Shown one piece after another: positions 57,824-64,000 of a stretch of DNA of 64,000 nucleotides; within the stretch, counting starts at the first letter, position 1, and every line of letters begins with the position of its first letter. The notes under the pieces were generated by a model. That model saw only the letters and a list, made by a program, of their open reading frames with translations, was not told the DNA's origin and searched no databases. The position numbers were made by a program, and so were the translations under genes. The DNA lies in contig VXTP01000046.1 in NCBI GenBank assembly GCA_009837395.1, positions 65,946 through 129,945 on the forward strand, in the 5' to 3' direction. Source of the stretch: Gemmatimonadota bacterium (lineage in GTDB: Bacteria > JAAXHH01).

Positions 57824-60583
57824 ATGCAGCAGGGCGACGCCGTCCTCCACTACCGAATCGAACGCTCGCTCGGACGAGGAGGCATGGGTGAGGTCTACCT
57901 GGCCGAGGACACCCGTCTGAAGCGGCGGGTTGCCCTGAAAGTGTTGCCGGAGGACCTGGCCCGCGACCCCGCCTTGCTTCAGCGGTTCCGAATCGAGGCG
58001 GAGGCGGCTGCCAAGCTGAACCACCCGAATATCGCCCAGGTGTACGCCATCGAGGAAGCGCGGATAGACGGACCGGACGGTTCCGGCACCGTGCTCTTCA
58101 TCACCATGGAATATGTTTCCGGCCGGCCGCTCCACGAGCACCTGGCCGGAACGCCGCTCCCGCTGGCATCCTTCTACGACTGGTTCATGCCCATCGTGGA
58201 GGCCCTGGACCATGCCCACGAGCGGGGCGTCGTGCACCGGGACCTGAAGCCCGCGAACGTCATGATTTCCGACGATGGCGTTCCCAAGGTCCTGGACTTC
58301 GGCCTGGCCCGGGTCGTCTCCGGGCCTTCCGGCGAATCCGATGGCGCCGGGCCCACGATGAGTCTCACCCAGGCCGGCACGGTACTGGGCACGCCGGCGT
58401 ACATGTCGCCCGAACAGGCGACAGGCAACCACGGCGATCACCGGAGCGATATTTTCAGCCTGGGCGTCATGATGTACGAAGCGCTGACGGGCGTCCGGCC
58501 CTTCACGGGCGACAACTACGTGTCCGTCATCAGCAGTACGCTGAAGGATGACCCGGAACCGGTGAGTGCGGCGAACAGCGAAGTGCCTCCCCTGCTTAAC
58601 CGGGTCGTCCGGCGCTGCATGGGCAAGGATCCCCGATCCCGATACCAGTCCGTGCTCGACGTGGGCCATGACCTGTCCGACAGCCGGAACGAACACGAGG
58701 CGGAGCCGTCGGCCCGTACGGCTGGTGGTCTATCGCGGCCGGGATCGGCCGTTACCTTCCTGCGGAGCCCAGTCGTGTTCGGTGCCTGCACCGCCTGCCT
58801 GGTCGCCGGGTCGCTGCTCGCCGCGGCGCTGATGGGCGCACTTGGCGTAGAGCCCGCCGCGCCGGTGCGCATATTCCAGATGGGTCTGGACAACCTGGGC
58901 CGGGAGAACGCGGCCATTTCGCCGGACGGATCGCTGCTCGCCTATGTCCACGAAAACCGCCTCTGGGTCCGTTCCCTCGATCAGGACGAGGGCCGGGCGA
59001 TTCCCGGGACGGAGGATATCGAAAGGATATTCTGGTCACCCGACAGTCGCCGGATCGGCTACCTCGCCGGTCGGTCCCTCTGGAGAGTTTCGGCGGACGG
59101 GGGCGGCCAGGTGCATCTCTGCGACCTGCCCGAAGGGGGCCTGATGGGCATCTCATGGGGCGCCGACGGCCAGATACTTCTAAGCACGGGCGGCGGGAGG
59201 TCCGGCGGCGGGTTATACGCCGTGTCCGAAAACGGGGGCGACCTGGCTCTTCTGCTGGAACCGGACAGGGAACTGGGTGAACGAGCGCTGATTTCGCCCC
59301 TGAACCTGTCCGAGTACGGCCTGCGCCTGTACGCGGTGGTCCTGTCTTCCGACGATCCGCAGGTGATCGCCGACCTGAGCGAAAGGTATCGGGGAAACGG
59401 GAACCTGAGCATGAGGATCTCCATGGCCCGGATCACCGCGTCCCGCATAGCCGTCGAAACCCCGGGGTACGGCCGCCGCCTGCTGTCCCTGGAGGGCGAT
59501 TTCCTCATCGTCGCGGGGTATGCGTCCGGCCATCTCCTGTACTACCGGGAGACCACGACCCATCCCGAGAACGACCTCTGGGCCGTGCCCTTCGCGCCGG
59601 GATCGGGTGAATTGACCGGCGAACCCTTCCTGGTTGCCCGCCACGTCCATACGCTGAGCGTGTCCGACGACGGGGTTATGGCTTACCGGAAAACCTACCA
59701 GTCCCCCCGGCAACTGGCCCTGGTGGATCGCCGCGGACGGGTAGACCGGATCATCGGCGAGCCCAGGGAAAGCATCGAGGAACTGGTTCTTTCCCCCACT
59801 GGTGAGCAAGTCCTGGTGGAAGTCGAGGAAGACGGGCAGACTGCGCTGTGGCTGCACGAGCTCGATAGCGGTATAGGAACCCGGCTGACCTTCGCGGACC
59901 TGAACTACAGCAGGCCGAGCTTTACGCCGGACGGCGGCTCGATCGTGTTCACGACTTCCCCGGCCGTAAATCCCGGGCGCTCGCGCGGGAATGCCCCGTT
60001 CATGCGGCTGGATCTCGACGTACTGGACGAAATGACGGTATTCTCCGCCGATTCGCTGAGTGGCTGGGGCCCCATGCTCTCGGGGGACGGCCGGTTCCTC
60101 GTTTATTTCCAACAGGGGCAGGTACGATCCGTGTCAACGGAAGGGGGCGCCGAACCCCAGGTGCTCGTGGCTGGCCAGGGACGGGTGGTCCAGGCCGCCC
60201 TGTCGCCGGACAACCGATACCTGGCCTACGTATCGAACCAGGGAACCGGCTGGCAGGTCTTCGTGACCCTGTTTCCCACCGGAACGGGGCGATGGCAGGT
60301 CTCGTCGAACAGCGGCTGGACGCCCCGTTGGAGTCCGTCGGGCGATATCCTGTATTACGTTGAGGGCAACAGGCTGATGGCCGTTCCCGTGGTGGAGGGA
60401 TCGGGTTTCCGCATCGGCCGTCCCGAAGCGCTCTTCGAAGGCGTCCAGGTGGGCACCGATGACCTGCGGTTTCCCGGTTACGAGGTATACGGGGGCGGGG
60501 AGTCGTTCATCATCGCGGCCAACGCGGAAGAAGCCCGCCCATCGCTCACCATCGTGCAGAACTGGACGGGTGAATTTAAATAG
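57824..60583 (+). CDS. Serine/threonine protein kinase fused via one TM segment to a TolB-like beta-propeller domain
   Basis: Hanks kinase motifs (GRGGMGEVY, VALK, HRDLKPANV, DFG, SPE). TM VVFGACTACLVAGSLLAAALMGAL. Repeated ...SPDG... beta-propeller blades. Confidence 0.85.
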   Translation: MQQGDAVLHYRIERSLGRGGMGEVYLAEDTRLKRRVALKVLPEDLARDPALLQRFRIEAEAAAKLNHPNIAQVYAIEEARIDGPDGSGTVLFITMEYVSGRPLHEHLAGTPLPLASFYDWFMPIVEALDHAHERGVVHRDLKPANVMISDDGVPKVLDFGLARVVSGPSGESDGAGPTMSLTQAGTVLGTPAYMSPEQATGNHGDHRSDIFSLGVMMYEALTGVRPFTGDNYVSVISSTLKDDPEPVSAANSEVPPLLNRVVRRCMGKDPRSRYQSVLDVGHDLSDSRNEHEAEPSARTAGGLSRPGSAVTFLRSPVVFGACTACLVAGSLLAAALMGALGVEPAAPVRIFQMGLDNLGRENAAISPDGSLLAYVHENRLWVRSLDQDEGRAIPGTEDIERIFWSPDSRRIGYLAGRSLWRVSADGGGQVHLCDLPEGGLMGISWGADGQILLSTGGGRSGGGLYAVSENGGDLALLLEPDRELGERALISPLNLSEYGLRLYAVVLSSDDPQVIADLSERYRGNGNLSMRISMARITASRIAVETPGYGRRLLSLEGDFLIVAGYASGHLLYYRETTTHPENDLWAVPFAPGSGELTGEPFLVARHVHTLSVSDDGVMAYRKTYQSPRQLALVDRRGRVDRIIGEPRESIEELVLSPTGEQVLVEVEEDGQTALWLHELDSGIGTRLTFADLNYSRPSFTPDGGSIVFTTSPAVNPGRSRGNAPFMRLDLDVLDEMTVFSADSLSGWGPMLSGDGRFLVYFQQGQVRSVSTEGGAEPQVLVAGQGRVVQAALSPDNRYLAYVSNQGTGWQVFVTLFPTGTGRWQVSSNSGWTPRWSPSGDILYYVEGNRLMAVPVVEGSGFRIGRPEALFEGVQVGTDDLRFPGYEVYGGGESFIIAANAEEARPSLTIVQNWTGEFK

Positions 60584-60649
60584 TTACCCGCGTGGCCTGT
60601 GCGATCGCGCCACCATCGGCTTGCGTGGGTGTAAACATCGAGGTGTGAA

Positions 60650-61177
60650 TTGGACGCACTGAAACAGAAGATCCGCAACGTCCCGGACTTTCCCATCCCC
60701 GGGATCAACTTCAAGGACGTGACCACGCTCTTCAAGGATCCTGCCGCTTTCCGAACGGCCGTGGACCGTTTCGTTAACGAGTACACGGACCGGTCCATCG
60801 ATCTCGTGGCCGGCATCGAGGCCCGGGGGTTCATCCTGGCGCCGGTTCTGGCCTATCACATGGGCAAGGGCATCGTTCCCTTGCGCAAGCCCGGCAAGCT
60901 CCCGGCGGAAACGCGGAGGATCGAATTCGAACTGGAGTACGGCACAGACGCGCTGGAAATGCATCTGGACGCCGTGAGCCCCGGGGACCGCATCCTCATC
61001 GTGGACGACCTGCTGGCCACGGGGGGAACCGCGGCGGCGGCCTGTCAACTCGTCGAAGAGGCGGGCGGGGTCGTGGCCGGCGTGGGGTTCCTGATCGAAC
61101 TCTCCTTCCTGGAAGGCCGGAAGCGGTTGGGCGATCGTCCGATCTTCTCACTCCTCGAATACGGCGCCGATGAGTAA
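60650..61177 (+). CDS. apt: Adenine phosphoribosyltransferase
   Basis: PDFPIPGINFKDVTTL, PRPP motif ILIVDDLLATGGT. Apparent TTG start. Confidence 0.9.
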   Translation: MDALKQKIRNVPDFPIPGINFKDVTTLFKDPAAFRTAVDRFVNEYTDRSIDLVAGIEARGFILAPVLAYHMGKGIVPLRKPGKLPAETRRIEFELEYGTDALEMHLDAVSPGDRILIVDDLLATGGTAAAACQLVEEAGGVVAGVGFLIELSFLEGRKRLGDRPIFSLLEYGADE

Positions 61178-61217
61178 ACCCCACCTTAAGCACTTCAATT
61201 TGTGTTCATAAGCGGTA

Positions 61218-62290
61218 TCAATCCGGTACCCGGCGCTCCGCCTCGTCAATAACGCGCCGGGGATCGAGTTCCTCCATGCACGCATGGGTGCGGAACCGGC
61301 AGGACCGGTTCCCGTGCAGGCTGCAGGGGCTGCACGGCAGGTCGAGCGTAATGGCGGCGTCCGCCGGTCCCACCGGTGCGAACCCCAGTCGGGGATGGGT
61401 GGCGCCGAAAACGCCGATTACGGGTGTGCCCACGGCCGTCGCCACGTGCATGGGACCGGAATCGTTGCTGACCAGGAGTGCGCACCGCCGCACGGCCGCG
61501 GGCAGCATGGCGAGATCGGTCGCCCCGGTCCAGTCCACGGCCGGACACTCCATGGCACGAGCCACCTCGCCGGTAACCGGCCGGTCCGTCTCGCTGCCCA
61601 GCAGCAGTACCTTCAGGTCCCGGGATTCCGCCAGGTGGTCCGCTACCCGGGCGAACCGCTCCGGCGGCCAGCGCTTAGGACCATGGGAGGCGCCCGGCGC
61701 CACGCCGAGAACCCGGACATCCGGCCCTATGCCGGCCCGGGCCAGCCGTTCCTCCACCATGGCCGCCGCCGCATCGTCGACTTTCAGTTGCGGCAGTCTC
61801 TTCTCCGCCGCGTCATGGGCGCCCTCCAGGCTCGGTGAGGCGCTCGTTTCGAGCCGGTCGAGCACTTCCAGGTAACGGTCGATCGTGTGGGGTACGGGCC
61901 TGGACCGCCTTCGCCTTCTGACGATGGCCATCCGGGCGAACCGGCGTTTGTCGTAACGAAGCACCCGCCCCGCGACACCCGTCATGGCAACGAGCCTGCT
62001 GCGCAGGTTCCCATGCAGGTCGATCGCCAGGTCGTAACGTCCTTCACGAAGGCGGGAGACGAGGCTCAAGAGACCGGTGCCGGGCTCGAAACGCTGCACG
62101 GCGGCTACCCCGGGGAGCGCGCGGGCCAGTGACACGTATTCACTTCGCGTGAGAAAGTCGATCTCCGCATCCGGAAAGAGCCGGCCAAGTTGCCGGGTGA
62201 CCGGCGAGGACAGTACGATATCGCCCATCGAACTGAACCGGATGATGAGTATGCGGGATGGCGTTTCGGAGACGGTCATCTTTTCGCACA
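61218..62290 (-). CDS. Glycosyltransferase family 9 (LPS heptosyltransferase-like)
   Basis: RILIIRFSSMGDIVLSSPV start region; C-terminal GPMHVATAVGTPVIGVFG. Confidence 0.8.
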
Positions 62291-62291
62291 T

Positions 62292-62379
62292 CGGACCAGC
62301 GCAGTGACTGGTCCATCGGTATTCTACCTCATTCTCGGACCAGCGCGGTGGCAGGCCCACCGTTATTCTACTTCACTCT
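62292..62379. repeat. 44-bp imperfect tandem duplication (cggaccagcgc.gtg....) between the two GT9 genes
   Basis: Unit 1 at 62292-62335; unit 2 at 62336-62379. Confidence 0.7.
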
Positions 62380-63401
62380 CTGGCCAGTTGCTCCCCGACC
62401 GCCTCCCCGACCATGTCCACGGTGATGCCGGACAGTTCGCAGAAGGGGCCGCGGTCGCAGGTCGGGCATTGTCCCTCCGGCGGCAGGAGGTTGCGGTCCC
62501 GGCCACCCAGCGGCCGCCACCGTTCGGGTGACCTGGCGGGCAGGGGACAGAAGACGGACACCGTCGGAACGCCCAGCGCCCCGGCCAGGTGCATGGGCCC
62601 CGTGCTGCTGCTCACCAGGAGGTCCAGTTCACCGATTACCGCGATGAGCTCGCCCAGTGTCAGCCGCCCCGCCAGCGAAAGGGCGCGTCCATCCAGAGGG
62701 GACATGATCGCTTCGGCGAGATGCCCCTCCTCCGCGCTCCCGGTCACGACGATCTTCGCGCCGTGGCGATCCTGCAGGGTCTTCGCAAGTGCCGCGTAAC
62801 GCTCGACCGTCCAGTTCGGCGCGTTGCGCCCGTTGCCGGGATGGATGCCGATGACCGGCTGGCCGCGTGTCCGGGCCAGGACCGCGCGGGCCTCCCGGCG
62901 CTCCTCCTCCTTCAATTCGATCAGCGGCCGGTTTCCGGGTTCCCGGGCATCAATGATCCGGGCCAGGTCCAGGCAGAAGTCGGATTCGTGGCGGAGCGGA
63001 ATATAGCGGTGGCGGCTGAGGGACCGGGTGCGGGTGAGCGCATGGTAGACTTTACGTCCCACGCTGATGCGCCGGGGGATGCCCGCCAGGCATATCATCC
63101 ACACATGACGCATGGTCGGCATGAGCACCAGGGCGGTGTCGAAGGCCTGGTCGCGCAGCCGCCGAACCTGGCGGTAAAAACCCGCCGGTCCGCGGTGAGC
63201 AGACTCCGGGTCGTCTTCGAAGATGGCGTCAAGGCAGGGATTTCGCTCGAGTACGTCGCGGGTGTAGGGACGCGCCAACATGGCCAGGTAGGCCTTTGGC
63301 CAGCGATGCCGGAGGGCGTCCAGCACCGGTAGCGAGAGCACCACGTCCCCGATCCGGTCGGGCCGAACCACGAGGATCCGGGGTGACGATGCATGATCCA
63401 T
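62373..63401 (-). CDS. Glycosyltransferase family 9 (LPS heptosyltransferase-like), tandem paralog
   Basis: RILVVRPDRIGDVVLSLPVL; GPMHLAGALGVPTVSVF. Confidence 0.8.
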   Translation of the reverse strand: MDHASSPRILVVRPDRIGDVVLSLPVLDALRHRWPKAYLAMLARPYTRDVLERNPCLDAIFEDDPESAHRGPAGFYRQVRRLRDQAFDTALVLMPTMRHVWMICLAGIPRRISVGRKVYHALTRTRSLSRHRYIPLRHESDFCLDLARIIDAREPGNRPLIELKEEERREARAVLARTRGQPVIGIHPGNGRNAPNWTVERYAALAKTLQDRHGAKIVVTGSAEEGHLAEAIMSPLDGRALSLAGRLTLGELIAVIGELDLLVSSSTGPMHLAGALGVPTVSVFCPLPARSPERWRPLGGRDRNLLPPEGQCPTCDRGPFCELSGITVDMVGEAVGEQLARE

Positions 63402-63464
63402 GGTGATACTCCGGTCCGCCTGGCCGCGCTGCCCGTCTGGCCGCCCGGCTGCGCCAGGCAACGG

Positions 63465-64000
63465 TCAACCGGATCTGCGGGACTCGGCAAGGCGCAGTTG
63501 TCCGCAGGCCGCGTCGATGTCCCGTCCGCGCTCCCGGCGAATGGTCAACTGCAGTCCGCCCGCCCGCAGCGCATCCGCGAAGGCCGTTCTCCGGTGTTCG
63601 TCGGGCGTTTCGTAGGGCAGGCCCTGAACCTGGTTATAGGGAATGAGGTTAAGCTTGCACTTGTCCTTTTTCAACAGCTTTACGAGGTTCTCCGCGTCCT
63701 GGAACCGGTCGTTCACGCCCTTGAGCAGGACATATTCGTAGGTAATGATGCGGTCGGTGGTCCCGGTGTAATGGCGGCAGGCCTTCATGAGTTGCTTGAG
63801 CGGAAAGCGCCGGTTTAACGGGACGATCGATGTCCGCGTCCGGTCGTCGGCGGCATGGAGGGAAACGGACAGTTCGAACTGGATCTTCTCTTCGGCCAGC
63901 TGGTAGATCTTCGGAACCAGTCCGCTGGTGGAAAGCGTGATCTTGCGGGCGCCGATTCCGAGTCCCCAGTCGGCGTTGATGATCCGCACGGCCCGGAGCA
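63465..64000 (-). CDS. rlmN: 23S rRNA/tRNA (adenine-C2)-methyltransferase RlmN, C-terminal part (radical SAM); continues past the window end
   Basis: RKITLSTSGLVP, LSVSLHAADD, ITYEYVLLKGVND, CKLNLIPYN, DIDAACGQL. Confidence 0.85.
   Translation of the reverse strand, partial: LRAVRIINADWGLGIGARKITLSTSGLVPKIYQLAEEKIQFELSVSLHAADDRTRTSIVPLNRRFPLKQLMKACRHYTGTTDRIITYEYVLLKGVNDRFQDAENLVKLLKKDKCKLNLIPYNQVQGLPYETPDEHRRTAFADALRAGGLQLTIRRERGRDIDAACGQLRLAESRRSG

Overview
High-GC (~65-68%) bacterial chromosome segment, densely coding. A T9SS-type C-terminal sorting domain, an N-terminally decorated TonB-dependent receptor and a Ser/Thr-kinase-TolB fusion point to an FCB-superphylum / Gemmatimonadota-like organism; this placement is an inference. 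No rRNA, tRNA, CRISPR array or obvious mobile element was found. Content from left to right: (1) the tail of an RND efflux operon (adaptor, NodT-type outer-membrane lipoprotein). (2) Sulfate activation genes cysC-cysD-cysNC. (3) An iron-uptake unit: a DtxR/MntR-type repressor, a membrane-anchored DtxR-like paralog with FeoA/SH3-like domains, and an apparently frameshifted feoB. (4) A stand-alone receiver, PolX and endonuclease III. (5) A large Pho-type neighbourhood: phoB-phoR, two tandem small membrane proteins, ppk1, a TonB-dependent receptor plus a T9SS-secreted beta-helix-like protein, pstC-pstA-pstB-phoU (no pstS in the window). (6) dusB-like, and a His-rich outer-membrane beta-barrel. 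(7) A complete kynurenine-to-2-aminomuconate catabolic operon (ACMSD, kynureninase, KMO, AMSDH, RidA-type deaminase, HAAO). (8) A PhyH-type oxygenase, a sulfatase, an APC permease and a homoprotocatechuate-type meta-cleavage trio (extradiol dioxygenase, ALDH, FAH hydrolase). (9) A ~10-gene same-strand cluster of unknown pathway, rich in Fe/2OG PhyH-family oxygenases and enolase-superfamily enzymes, which is the best candidate for undescribed biology. (10) Isochorismatase-like, Gfo/Idh/MocA, STK-TolB, apt, two tandem GT9 heptosyltransferases, and a partial rlmN. A striking sequence-level property is the abundance of short GC-rich tandem repeats (periods 12-48 bp) in intergenic regions and in-frame inside several genes. 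Several genes also show apparent frameshifts or non-canonical starts. All calls rest on reading the supplied translations and the DNA; no database searches were run.
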